A DNA stretch of 64,000 nt from Prevotellaceae bacterium UBA1710 (GTDB taxonomy: Bacteria > Bacteroidota > Bacteroidia > Bacteroidales > Bacteroidaceae), in contig DCJC01000056.1 of NCBI GenBank assembly GCA_002317355.1, positions 7,307-71,306 on the forward strand, given 5' to 3'. Below the pieces are notes generated by a model. The model was not told the origin of the DNA, searched no databases, and saw nothing but the letters and a program-made list of their open reading frames with translations. The translations under genes and the position numbers were made by a program. Positions 36,942-46,031 of the stretch are shown one piece after another. Numbering within the stretch: position 1 is the first letter of the stretch; each line of letters begins with the position of its first letter.

Positions 36942-37257
36942 GTTCTTCAGAAATTTGGAGTGATAGATATTTATGCTATCGCTGGAAAATGCCTTACGGC
37001 TAAGAAAATTGACTATGTCATAAAATTGCTTCTTTGAAGCATAAAATAGTTGATTTCAATTGTGTAAAATGGACTTTGTCCTTAGAAAATGCTGACGCGA
37101 GAAGACTGCACCCGGATGGATTTTCCATTGCGAAGCAATATTTTCCTCAATTGAATGATTGATAATATTTTATGCGACAACGGAGCAATTTTACTTATTT
37201 TCTTAGGCGTAAGCCATTTTCCTGAATATTTTATATCACTCCAAATCTCTGATGAAC
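36942..37257. mobile_element. MITE-like long imperfect palindrome, arms about 120-130 bp
   Basis: 36942-36965 vs 37234-37257 match 22/24 inverted; 36984-37009 vs 37197-37222 match 24/26; further inner blocks; no ORF. Confidence 0.55.
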
Positions 37258-37273
37258 CATTTTTTTTCTATGA

Positions 37274-39493
37274 TTACGCAAAAGGCTTTCGGTAGGTGCA
37301 ACCGTTCTTCCATTCTGAACAGCCGTAGGCAGTCTTTCCTTTTATGATAGTGCCTTTTCCGCAGAGTGGACATGTGGTTGGTGCCTTTTCTGCTTGTGCT
37401 CTTTGAGAAGATACAGGAGCTGTAGAAGCACTATTGCTCTCTTTCTTGGCAGAGGACTTCTTTGTGGTCTTCTTCTTTTTCTCTTCTTCTGGATCAATAA
37501 CGGTAACTCTTCGGTTCGTGTTGTCTGCAAGTACCTGATTTACAATGCTGTTGATCTGCTCCTTGAGTTCGGAGATGAACATTCCTGCATCGTACTGTCT
37601 ATGCTCGATATCACGAAGTTTCTTTTCCCATACACCAGTTAGCTCAGGGCTCTTAAGTATGTCCTCGTGTATGAGGTCGATGAGCTCGATACCTGTTGGA
37701 GTAGCAACAAGATTCTTGCGTTCCTTCCTGATGTAATGGCGCTTGAAGAGGGTTTCTATGATAGAAGCGCGAGTAGATGGACGACCTATGCCGTTTTCCT
37801 TCATGGCATCTCTTAGTTCGTCGTTGTCAACGAACTTACCCGCTGTCTCCATAGCACGAAGTAGGGTTGCCTCTGTGTAAGGCTTTGGAGGCTGTGTCCA
37901 TTTCTCTGATAGAGAAGGCACGTGTGGACCTTTCTCACCCTTTGAGAATGAGATATTTGAAGAAGTGTTGTCTTCGTCCTCGTTATCGTTATCTGCATCT
38001 GTGCTTGCGCTGTCTCGCTTGAAGACAACTTTCCAACCCTCGTCAGAAACGATGCGTACGGATGTTCTGAACAATATACTATTAGTATCGTTCAGTTCTC
38101 CTGCATTAGGTGCTATTTCGCCTTCTGTGGCGTTTTCTGGAGTTTGATATACTCGTCCTAATATAGTTGTCGTTTCGAACTTCAAATCAGGATAGAAAGC
38201 GGCAATAAACGCTCTTGCTACGAGGTCGTACACGTTACGTTCCAAATCTGAAAGTCCCTGAGGTGGTACTCCCGTTGGAATGATAGCGTGGTGATCGGTC
38301 ACCTTTGAAGAGTCGAATACCTTCTTGCTCTTCTTAAGTGGTTTTCCGCCTATAGCCTTAACGAGTTCTGCATAAGGCGCTACACCACTAAATTGTGTCT
38401 TGTACAAACCATTGAGAGTCTGAGGACACTTGCTGTAGATGTCGTCAGAAAGGAATGTGGTATCAACACGAGGGTAGGTGGTGTATTTCTTCTCGTAGAG
38501 CGATTGGATAAGCTGAAGTGTCTGGTCGGCAGAATATCCGAACTTTCTATTGCAATCTACCTGAAGAGATGTGAGGTCGTAAAGGCGTGGAGGTGCTTCC
38601 GTACCTTTCTTCTTCGTGATATCTACAACGTTGAAGTCATTGTCCTTGATTGCATTCAGAACCTTTGTGCCTTCCTCTTCGGTTGTGTATTCTATCTGAC
38701 GATAGATAGGGCCTTTCGGCTTCTGTGTCTTGCCGTTCTTGGCTGCTTCTGCTACCTCTGCAGCATCTTCTGCTTCTGCCTCTTCATCGTGGGCAATAGC
38801 AGTAAACTTTGACTCTTTGTAAGTGGTAGCGAGTACCCATGACTGATGAGGCTCAAAGCTGTCGATTTCCTTCTGACGGTTTACGATCATCGCAAGGGTA
38901 GGGGTTTGAACGCGACCAATTGAAAGAACTTGACTTGTGCGTCCCTGTGGACGATATTTCAGGGTGTAGAGGCGTGTAGCATTCATTCCTAAGAGCCAGT
39001 CGCCTATGGCACGCGAAAGTCCTGCAAGATACAATGGTTCGTATTCCTGCTGATCCTTGAGTGACTGAAATCCTTCGCGTATTGCTTCTTCTGTAAGTGA
39101 AGAAATCCAAAGTCTCTGAACTGGGCATTTCACGCCTGCTTTCTGCATCACCCATCGTTGGATGAGCTCTCCTTCTTGTCCGGCATCACCGCAGTTGATG
39201 ATGTAATCGGCTTCCTGCATCAGTTTCTCGATAGTAGCAAACTGAGCCTTGATGCCTTGGTCGTCTTTCAGTTTGATGCCGAAGCGTTGTGGTATCATAG
39301 GTAATGTCCCCAATGCCCACCTCTTCCACATTGGGGTGTAGTCATCGGGGTCCTTAAGCTCGCACAAGTGACCGAATGTCCATGTCACTTGATATCCATT
39401 GCCTTCCATGTATCCCGTTTTTGAGGTTGTTGCCCCAAGTACATTGGCAATATCACGAGCTACGCTCGGTTTCTCGGCTATGCAGACAATCAT
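37274..39493 (-). CDS. topB: DNA topoisomerase III
   Basis: IAEKPSVA, DAGQEGELIQ, GRVQTPT, catalytic TYPRVD, GIGRPSTR, C-terminal CPLC..YGC Zn ribbon. Confidence 0.96.
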   Translation of the reverse strand: MIVCIAEKPSVARDIANVLGATTSKTGYMEGNGYQVTWTFGHLCELKDPDDYTPMWKRWALGTLPMIPQRFGIKLKDDQGIKAQFATIEKLMQEADYIINCGDAGQEGELIQRWVMQKAGVKCPVQRLWISSLTEEAIREGFQSLKDQQEYEPLYLAGLSRAIGDWLLGMNATRLYTLKYRPQGRTSQVLSIGRVQTPTLAMIVNRQKEIDSFEPHQSWVLATTYKESKFTAIAHDEEAEAEDAAEVAEAAKNGKTQKPKGPIYRQIEYTTEEEGTKVLNAIKDNDFNVVDITKKKGTEAPPRLYDLTSLQVDCNRKFGYSADQTLQLIQSLYEKKYTTYPRVDTTFLSDDIYSKCPQTLNGLYKTQFSGVAPYAELVKAIGGKPLKKSKKVFDSSKVTDHHAIIPTGVPPQGLSDLERNVYDLVARAFIAAFYPDLKFETTTILGRVYQTPENATEGEIAPNAGELNDTNSILFRTSVRIVSDEGWKVVFKRDSASTDADNDNEDEDNTSSNISFSKGEKGPHVPSLSEKWTQPPKPYTEATLLRAMETAGKFVDNDELRDAMKENGIGRPSTRASIIETLFKRHYIRKERKNLVATPTGIELIDLIHEDILKSPELTGVWEKKLRDIEHRQYDAGMFISELKEQINSIVNQVLADNTNRRVTVIDPEEEKKKKTTKKSSAKKESNSASTAPVSSQRAQAEKAPTTCPLCGKGTIIKGKTAYGCSEWKNGCTYRKPFA

Positions 39494-39497
39494 TGTA

Positions 39498-39525
39498 AAT
39501 TACGAATTACAAATTACAAATTACC
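39498..39525. repeat. heptamer array (AATTACN)x4, left arm of the four-helix-bundle cassette
   Basis: aattacg aattaca aattaca aattacc. Confidence 0.9.
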
Positions 39526-39614
39526 AGGTTACGTTTTGTTGATTACAAATTACCTGTTTGCGGATTATTAATTGCAAATCACCAGTTTGCAGAATGTAGA
39601 TTTACAATTGCATA

Positions 39615-39974
39615 TTATTTTCTTCTTTCTTTAGTTTTTAGAATTATTGATGTCAATAATTTGATGAGTTCACCACAATCTGCGTTTATCGATTCAAATT
39701 CTGTATTTGTTAAAAGACCGAGATTGAGTAGTAGGTCGATCCAGAATTTTGTTTCGTTGGCTTCTTTTCTCGCAATTGAGAGTTTGTGGATAAAATCATC
39801 TGTTGATTCGGCAAACTCTGACTCTGCTCTATTGGCTCCGATAGAAGTTCCAGATCTAAGAATTTGTTTGCTTATTATAAACTCTTTCTTTTCTTCCGTG
39901 AGATATTTGTAAAGCTTATATATCCTTACTGCGAAGAACATGCATTTCTCTTCAAGAAGGTTGTCTTTTGACAT
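39615..39974 (-). CDS. four-helix-bundle protein (TIGR02436 / 23S rRNA IVP, Avd-like fold)
   Basis: FAVRI.KLY, SKQILRSGTSIGAN..E, DFIHKL.IA.KEA.ET..W. Confidence 0.93.
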   Translation of the reverse strand: MSKDNLLEEKCMFFAVRIYKLYKYLTEEKKEFIISKQILRSGTSIGANRAESEFAESTDDFIHKLSIARKEANETKFWIDLLLNLGLLTNTEFESINADCGELIKLLTSIILKTKERRK

Positions 39975-39986
39975 AAATACTAAATA

Positions 39987-40014
39987 GGTAATTAGTAATT
40001 CGTAATTTGTAATT
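39987..40014. repeat. heptamer array (NGTAATT)x4, right arm inverted to 39498-39525
   Basis: ggtaatt agtaatt cgtaatt tgtaatt; 25/28 complementary to the left arm. Confidence 0.9.
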
Positions 40015-40019
40015 ATGAA

Positions 40020-40790
40020 CTATTTATTAGTCACAAGACTGCTTCTTTTATCTCTATGGTAAGAACGGTAGTCATCAAGTTCTATTTCCTTTTCTGACTC
40101 TGTTAGAGTCTTGGTGCGTGGAAGAAGGAACTTCATGTACTTGATGTTAAGTCCGCGCTCAATCCACATTGACTCGTAGTAAGTCTGGATGGAGAGAATC
40201 TTCTTTGTCTCTTCATCAAGACCTTCTGTATGGTAGAGGTCTGTTGTTCTGAAAAGGACATCAAGATTATTATGCTCCACCATGTATGTTGTATAGGTGA
40301 AGAGGAAGTTAGAGTCTGTCTTGAGGTGAATAATGCCGTTATCCACGAGGAAATGACGGTAACGCTCGAGGAAGAAGGTAGAGGTGAGACGCTTGTGCAC
40401 GTTCTTCATCTGAGGGTCGGAGAATGTGAGCCAGATCTCCTGCACCTCATCTTCTGCGAAGAAGCGGTCTATTATCTCGATGTTAGTACGGAGGAAGGCA
40501 ACATTCTTGAGATTAGCCTCAAGGGCCTGTGTCGCGCCTGTCCACATACGAGCGCCTTTGATGTCAACACCGATGAAGTTCACGTTAGGGTAGAGGCGAG
40601 CCAGTTCCACGGTATATTCACCCTTACCGCACCCTAATTCGAGTACGATAGGATTATCGTTGTGAAAAAACTGTTCTCTCCAGTGGCCTTTCATTTCGAA
40701 AGGAACGTTATCCACTACGGAGTATGGATATTGGAACACATTCTCATAGCGTTCCATGTCTGCGAACTTCGCGAGTTTACCTTTTCCCAT
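40020..40790 (-). CDS. trmB: tRNA (guanine46-N7)-methyltransferase
   Basis: [32 protein letters not shown]. Confidence 0.96.
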   Translation of the reverse strand: MGKGKLAKFADMERYENVFQYPYSVVDNVPFEMKGHWREQFFHNDNPIVLELGCGKGEYTVELARLYPNVNFIGVDIKGARMWTGATQALEANLKNVAFLRTNIEIIDRFFAEDEVQEIWLTFSDPQMKNVHKRLTSTFFLERYRHFLVDNGIIHLKTDSNFLFTYTTYMVEHNNLDVLFRTTDLYHTEGLDEETKKILSIQTYYESMWIERGLNIKYMKFLLPRTKTLTESEKEIELDDYRSYHRDKRSSLVTNK

Positions 40791-40815
40791 TAAATCAATA
40801 TTTAAATTCCAACTG

Positions 40816-40846
40816 CAAAATTAATCAAAAATTTTCAGTTCTCAAA
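40816..40846 (-). promoter_or_regulatory. primary-sigma promoter of trmB
   Basis: TTTG-N19-TAATTTTG. Confidence 0.75.
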
Positions 40847-40850
40847 ATAA

Positions 40851-40902
40851 AACAAAAAAAAGATGAACGAGCACCATTATTTGTTGTAATGATACTCGTT
40901 CA
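40851..40902 (-). terminator. intrinsic terminator after small peptide 1
   Basis: TGAACGAG...CTCGTTCA stem followed by a long U-tract on the minus strand. Confidence 0.7.
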
Positions 40903-40940
40903 ACTATAGTTCGTTTTTTATAGAATGATTCTAACCCTTA

Positions 40941-41084
40941 TTAGTTAGCGTCTTCCACTTCTTCATTTGAGAAACCACCGCCGAATGGATCTGTTGGCTT
41001 GTCTGGCTGGCTTACCATGAGAGGTGCAACCGCACTTACGAATCGAGGACGGAAGTATGGAGCTTCGTATGCTTTCTTTTTCAT
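40941..41084 (-). CDS. unannotated 47-aa YxxP peptide MKKKAYEAPYFRPRFVSAVAPLMVSQPDKPTDPFGGGFSNEEVEDAN
   Basis: hand-translated; ATG after an A-rich leader 27 nt behind the upstream stop; TAA TAA stop followed by a terminator; same motif as 43090-43245. Confidence 0.8.
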   Translation of the reverse strand: MKKKAYEAPYFRPRFVSAVAPLMVSQPDKPTDPFGGGFSNEEVEDAN

Positions 41085-41111
41085 ATTTTTGTTCCTTTCT
41101 TTTTCTTTAAA

Positions 41112-42824
41112 TTAATATGTAACCTTAGATGTCTCTACTGTACCATCAGCGTATGTCTTCTTAACGAGGTTCATACCCTTAACTGGCTCGTTAGAAACCT
41201 GACCGTTTACAGAGATATACTGAACTGAAACAACGTTGCTGTTTGTGATGATACCATCAATGTCTGTAGCCTCTTCACCGTCGAAATTTGGTGTGATGAT
41301 GTCAATTATAGAGCCTTCTTCGTCCATGAATTCGATGGTTGCATTGTCAATCTTTGCACTTGCGATTGTTCCTGCGTAGTTGAAGTAGCAACGACCTGGC
41401 TTAAGTGTTGATGTCTGCTTAAGTTTGCCAAATACACCTGCTGTGCTTACAACGTATGCATTTGCGAGAGTGCTGCTGTTGCCTGAGATTGGCTGGAATG
41501 TTCCAATGAACTGTGCATTGTTGAAAGTTCCTGACTTTGGAGCGCCAGTTGGTTGAACAGTAGCGTTTGTCTCGTTAATCTCAGTAGCATCGGTGCTGAT
41601 TTGAATAAGGTAAGGAACGTTAGCGGACATTGTTTCTGCTAATGTGCATGAAATCTTATTCTCTGCAGGGTCATATCCTGTAAATCTTCCCTGTCTTTCG
41701 AATAACAGACCTGTGTTCTCTGATTTGAATGGCAATACAAGCGTGCCGTATGTTCCAGCGCTGAAATTACGCTCGTAGGTTGCTTCATCTGCTGTGAATG
41801 CTTTGCTTACGTATATCTCTTCACCATTGTCTTTTATGAGGTATTTGTCGCTTAGTGCTCCGTATACGACATTTGTTCCTGCTGCTGTGGTTGTTTTGGT
41901 AAAGTATGCAAGCTTATTTGCTGGCACATCAACGTTAACTTCGCCGAGAATGGTGGCTCCTGTGAAATCGAAGTTTCTTTCACCGCGTGCTACTGCTTCT
42001 GCGATACGCTTGTTATTTACAATGCCTGTAACCATTCCAATTTTTCCGCTAGTTGTAACATTCCATGCGATATCATTTGCAATCTCGGTTGGAGTGTAAA
42101 TGTCATAGCAGCTTGTCAGTTCTTGTTTCTCGTAGATACCTCCATTTGTATTCTCGATAAGACGATAGACGGCAATCGCTACTTGGTAAGGTTCATTTGT
42201 TTCTGGATTGATTACTGGCTGACCACCGATAACCAAGTCTCCCATCTCAAAGTCTTTGTAGTAATAGAGATCAGGATGGATGTTAACTTTTCTGGTGTCT
42301 AATTTTCCAGAAATTTCATCTCCTTTGAATAGCTTGTCACTGAATTTGCTCTCTTCTCTAGCCTTTAGGCAGACTTTTTCGTATATTTTGTATTTTTCGG
42401 TGTTTTTATTTATGACATACTCACTAGTTCCGTTTTGTAGAGGAGATGTTCCAAAATCGGAAAGAGAAGTTGCGAAATCCTCTATGAGTGTTGTTTGAGG
42501 ACGTGGGGTGGCACTCTCCCAAGACAAGATCTGACCTGGTTTTACCTTGCTTGCATCATTTATTGCAATAGCTTTTACGTTTACACGTCTTTGCTGATTA
42601 GAAATGTATTTGTAAGTCTCATCCTGAATGACAATACCATCGTTTGCAGAATATGTGATATTGACAGGTCTTTCGATTATAACATCGCCTTCTTCTTCAA
42701 TCTCAACATTATTTGATCCTTCCAAAATCTGGTAGGTGATACCAGAACGATTTACCGTTTGTTGTGCAAACGCAAAACCTGCACTTGCCAACATTGTTGT
42801 TAAGAGTAAAATTTTACTTTTCAT
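41112..42824 (-). CDS. secreted protein of unknown function with a Prevotella-type T9SS C-terminal domain
   Basis: signal peptide AFA-Q; TLVLPF/ANVPYLI/FIGTF pre-CTD domain; ATDIDGI..YISVNG..KGMNLVK..DG..SKVTY. Confidence 0.8.
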   Translation of the reverse strand: MKSKILLLTTMLASAGFAFAQQTVNRSGITYQILEGSNNVEIEEEGDVIIERPVNITYSANDGIVIQDETYKYISNQQRRVNVKAIAINDASKVKPGQILSWESATPRPQTTLIEDFATSLSDFGTSPLQNGTSEYVINKNTEKYKIYEKVCLKAREESKFSDKLFKGDEISGKLDTRKVNIHPDLYYYKDFEMGDLVIGGQPVINPETNEPYQVAIAVYRLIENTNGGIYEKQELTSCYDIYTPTEIANDIAWNVTTSGKIGMVTGIVNNKRIAEAVARGERNFDFTGATILGEVNVDVPANKLAYFTKTTTAAGTNVVYGALSDKYLIKDNGEEIYVSKAFTADEATYERNFSAGTYGTLVLPFKSENTGLLFERQGRFTGYDPAENKISCTLAETMSANVPYLIQISTDATEINETNATVQPTGAPKSGTFNNAQFIGTFQPISGNSSTLANAYVVSTAGVFGKLKQTSTLKPGRCYFNYAGTIASAKIDNATIEFMDEEGSIIDIITPNFDGEEATDIDGIITNSNVVSVQYISVNGQVSNEPVKGMNLVKKTYADGTVETSKVTY

Positions 42825-42920
42825 ATTCGTATACTTTTTTATTATTTTCTTAAATAGTTAATAGATACATCTTGCCCCTCCCAATGTTTTCATGGGGGTG
42901 TAACAAAGTAAATTTGTGTG

Positions 42921-42952
42921 CAAAATTATGAAATTTCTTTGTAACGACCAAA
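42921..42952 (-). promoter_or_regulatory. primary-sigma promoter of cargo/peptide unit 1
   Basis: TTTG-N20-TAATTTTG. Confidence 0.8.
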
Positions 42953-43036
42953 TATTTAGAGAGAAAAAAGGGAAAAATTAACAAAATAACTATTTGGCAT
43001 CAAGATAAATGCTTGAAATTGATTAGTATTATACGG

Positions 43037-43070
43037 AAAAAGAAGAGAAAGCATAACTTTCTCTTCTTTT
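43037..43070. terminator. intrinsic terminator after small peptide 2
   Basis: AAAAGAAGAGAAAG-CATAA-CTTTCTCTTCTTTT. Confidence 0.75.
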
Positions 43071-43089
43071 CCCTAGATGATTTTCTTAA

Positions 43090-43245
43090 CTATTCTTCAT
43101 CCTCGTCATTATCAAACCATTTAGTTGGTTTTGATGATAGTGGGTCATCACCGTCGATTTCGTCGATGTATGAAACGTCAGCGAGGAGAGATGTCGATAA
43201 GAAAGATTCTACTTCGATCTCTGGTGAGAAATATTCCTTTTTCAT
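43090..43245 (-). CDS. unannotated 51-aa YxxP peptide MKKEYFSPEIEVESFLSTSLLADVSYIDEIDGDDPLSSKPTKWFDNDEDEE
   Basis: hand-translated; ATG 8 nt after the upstream TAA; followed by a terminator; same motif as 40941-41084. Confidence 0.82.
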   Translation of the reverse strand: MKKEYFSPEIEVESFLSTSLLADVSYIDEIDGDDPLSSKPTKWFDNDEDEE

Positions 43246-43253
43246 TTTTATAT

Positions 43254-45284
43254 TTATTTTATAATTTTCTTTGTTGTGCCATCAGCATACTTCACGAAGT
43301 TGATGCCCTTAGCAAGGTCGTTGAGCTTGTGACCGTTGAGATCATAGATGCCAACAACAATGTCAGAACCTGTTGACTCAATTGTGTTGATGCCTGTTGT
43401 CTCACCGTCCTCTTCACAGATGATAGAAATCTTTGAGGCGTCGATAGAAGTTTCCTTGCTTGCGTTTCTGTGGTTGATCTGAAGTCCCCAACGATAACCC
43501 TTGAGCTTGTCAGTTACTTTTGTTGCTCTGTAACCACCATTTGACATAGCGTAATAGTTGTTTGCTACAAGTTCAGGACCTTCCATTGTGCTATAGAAGC
43601 CAGTGAAGACGAATGTTGTGTTTACAGAAGAACAATCAAGCGTATTTGTCTCTGCCTTCTTGAGAACAACATCAGAAACTTCAATCTCCTGTGCTGTAGT
43701 ACTTGGGTTGAGTGCCTTGATTACGCATGGTGTATGAGCCTTGAGAGTTTTGCCGTCCTTGACTTTGAGTACCTCAATGAGAGTGCGGTCAACTGTACCA
43801 TTGTCATCATCGTCGTACTGATGGATGTTGTTGATGATGGCAATTTCGAAGCTTTCTTTCCAATCCTCATATTCCATGTCGAATGGAAGATAGAGAGGCT
43901 GCCATTTATTGTCTTTATATGTACGTGAATAGATAACCTTCTTCACAGACTTGTCAATGCTGTTTGTGTAGTCAACACCATCAATCAATGTGATGATGTC
44001 ATCCTGTGCACCATTATATTCTACATCATCAACAATATAATCCTTGTAGTTGTTCCAGTTTTTTGCATTCTTGAATTCGTCAGCTAAGCCTTGGAAGACG
44101 TGAATCTTTATTCCTGGGATAGCCAAGAATGGATTCTTTGCACCTAACTCAATCTTGTCAGATGTCGTATGTATGTAATAATTGAAGACAAGTGTGTTTG
44201 TAAATGCATAATCATTGATGTTTGTTATGCTCTCAGGGAAGGATACTTCCTGAATGGTGCTTCCGATGTTGCCGAAAGCAGACTGGTCAATAATCTGAAC
44301 GCCTTCATTTATTTCTATAGAAGTGAGCTTTGTGTTTGCAAAGGCTGCACTTGAGACGGTTTTGACACTTCCTGGAATTGTAATAGAGGTAAGTCCTGTT
44401 CCAAAGAATGCCTTTGGGCTGATTTTTGTTAGGCTCTGTGGAAGTGAAATTGTTGCCAGAGATGCGCATCCATAAAATGCTTCTGTAGCGATGCTTGTCG
44501 TTGAATTGTGGAGCTTAACATTCTTGAGCTTGTTACAATTGTAGAAAATGCCCTGTGGAACTTCGTGGATGTTCTTAGGGAGTGTGAAATCTGTAGCGAG
44601 TTTACTGCAATTGTAGAAAGCGTAGTTGCCAATTGATGTGATGTTTGCGGGGATATTGATGCTTTCCAAATTGCTGCAGTTGCCAAATGCGTAATTGCCA
44701 ATTGACTCAAGGGAAGCTGGAAGGGTAATTTTTGTGATCTTTGTACAACCATCAAAAGCGTAGTCGCCAATTCCTGTAATTGTTGTAGGGACGGTGTATT
44801 GGCCATTTGTGAATGTCTTTCCAAGTGGCATAGCGATAAGCTCACTTGAATTGCTGAAAAGGATGCCGTCTTTTGAATAGAAATAATTGTTGTCTTCTTC
44901 TACTTCTATTACTTTCAAATTAGAAGATCTAGAAAACACCTGCTGTCCAATTGTAGCGATAGAATTTGGGATGATAACCTTTGTTAATTCTGGGCAATTA
45001 TAGAATGCATAATCCTGAATGCCGACTACAGGCACAGTCTGACCTTCATAAACTATTGTGGCAGGTATTGTGACGATGCCATCATATGCACCAGCACCAC
45101 TTGCACTACCAGTTTCAGACATGTTTTTGTTTGTTATGGTTGCTAAACCATTCTCTATGAAATAGTAGTACAATCCAATTCTTCCACTCCATTTTCCCTC
45201 TAGGACATTAGGTACGCCTGCCCAAGAAGCGCATGTAACTGCGAGCATGAAGATAATGCTCAGAATTCTGCTTGATTTAATCAT
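43254..45284 (-). CDS. BspA-type leucine-rich repeat (LRR_5) surface protein with T9SS C-terminal domain
   Basis: repeats of IG.YAF.NC..L..I.IP; TTGINTIE..IYDLNG..KGINFVK..DG..KKIIK CTD; -7 box TAACTTTG at 45487-45494. Confidence 0.9.
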   Translation of the reverse strand: MIKSSRILSIIFMLAVTCASWAGVPNVLEGKWSGRIGLYYYFIENGLATITNKNMSETGSASGAGAYDGIVTIPATIVYEGQTVPVVGIQDYAFYNCPELTKVIIPNSIATIGQQVFSRSSNLKVIEVEEDNNYFYSKDGILFSNSSELIAMPLGKTFTNGQYTVPTTITGIGDYAFDGCTKITKITLPASLESIGNYAFGNCSNLESINIPANITSIGNYAFYNCSKLATDFTLPKNIHEVPQGIFYNCNKLKNVKLHNSTTSIATEAFYGCASLATISLPQSLTKISPKAFFGTGLTSITIPGSVKTVSSAAFANTKLTSIEINEGVQIIDQSAFGNIGSTIQEVSFPESITNINDYAFTNTLVFNYYIHTTSDKIELGAKNPFLAIPGIKIHVFQGLADEFKNAKNWNNYKDYIVDDVEYNGAQDDIITLIDGVDYTNSIDKSVKKVIYSRTYKDNKWQPLYLPFDMEYEDWKESFEIAIINNIHQYDDDDNGTVDRTLIEVLKVKDGKTLKAHTPCVIKALNPSTTAQEIEVSDVVLKKAETNTLDCSSVNTTFVFTGFYSTMEGPELVANNYYAMSNGGYRATKVTDKLKGYRWGLQINHRNASKETSIDASKISIICEEDGETTGINTIESTGSDIVVGIYDLNGHKLNDLAKGINFVKYADGTTKKIIK

Positions 45285-45737
45285 AATCGTTCTTTGACTG
45301 ATTTAGCTATCCCTGAATAATCAGCACACAATGTTTAAAAGTTGTTGTTTATAGTCGTTGGGTACTCTACACACTTTCGTTGCAAACCGTCTTTCTCTTT
45401 ACTTGTTTCCTGATTTCCCGCAATCCTCAAGGTGTAAACGCTATCTTTTTTGTCTTAATGTATTTTCGTTAATACGAATTTGGAGGCAAAGTTAAGATTT
45501 TTTTTTCAAAAAGAGAAATGTTAAAGCGGTTTTTTGCTAAAAAGTAACATTTTTTTATAATTCAATGGAAAAACGATGAGTTTTGAGGAAATGGGGAAAG
45601 GAAATCTAGATTTTGGAAAGTAAAATTGGAGTTTTTTTGTGGAAAGTAAATTGGGGGTAAATTAAATCAGTAAATTACGTAGGCGGCATTCGCCGCTGGG
45701 AAATTAAAAAAGAAGAATAAATATTTTCAGAATTAAT

Positions 45738-45976
45738 TTAATGTCAGTTCGACGAATTGATTATTTGGCAGCAAGCTGCTTTTAACTGACAAAAATTACC
45801 AATCTTCACAATCTTTACAATCTTTATTTTTTTTGAAACTTTGGACTCCGCATCCCAATATTTGTTGGGAAAAGATTGGTAAGATTGGGACTCCACGTAG
45901 TGCCTGAGCTATGCGAAGAATTATTGTCAGTTCAAGCACCAAAGGTGCAGATTCGAATAATTCATTAGGACTGATG
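45738..45976. repeat. composite inverted-repeat cassette (TGTCAGTT hairpin modules flanking inverted CAATCTT 9-mer arrays)
   Basis: TGTCAGTT..GCAGCAAGCTGC..AACTGACA at 45742-45791, related inverted module from 45919; CAATCTT x3 opposite AAGATTG x2. Confidence 0.65.
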
Positions 45977-45983
45977 TCGCTAT

Positions 45984-46022
45984 AAAAGTAGAAGGATGTT
46001 CCAACTGGTGAAACATCCTTCT
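45984..46022 (-). terminator. intrinsic terminator of ilvE
   Basis: AGAAGGATGTT..AACATCCTTCT stem followed by TTTT on the minus strand. Confidence 0.75.
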
Positions 46023-46031
46023 GTATGAGTA

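Noticed and set aside
19442-39974. Diversity-generating retroelement (Avd-like gene plus FGE/C-lectin-fold PorK)
   Set aside because: No reverse transcriptase and no adenine-mismatched template/variable repeat pair seen; PorK is a normal T9SS component about 19 kb away.
40941-43245. Complete lasso-peptide gene cluster
   Set aside because: YxxP is present, but there is no adjacent RRE, leader peptidase, asparagine-synthetase-like cyclase or ABC exporter, and no clear conserved Thr(-2). Kept only as a motif resemblance.
45290-45480. Possible riboswitch in the roughly 195-nt leader of the LRR gene
   Set aside because: Only short helices, and no recognisable cobalamin, TPP, SAM or FMN consensus could be established by eye.
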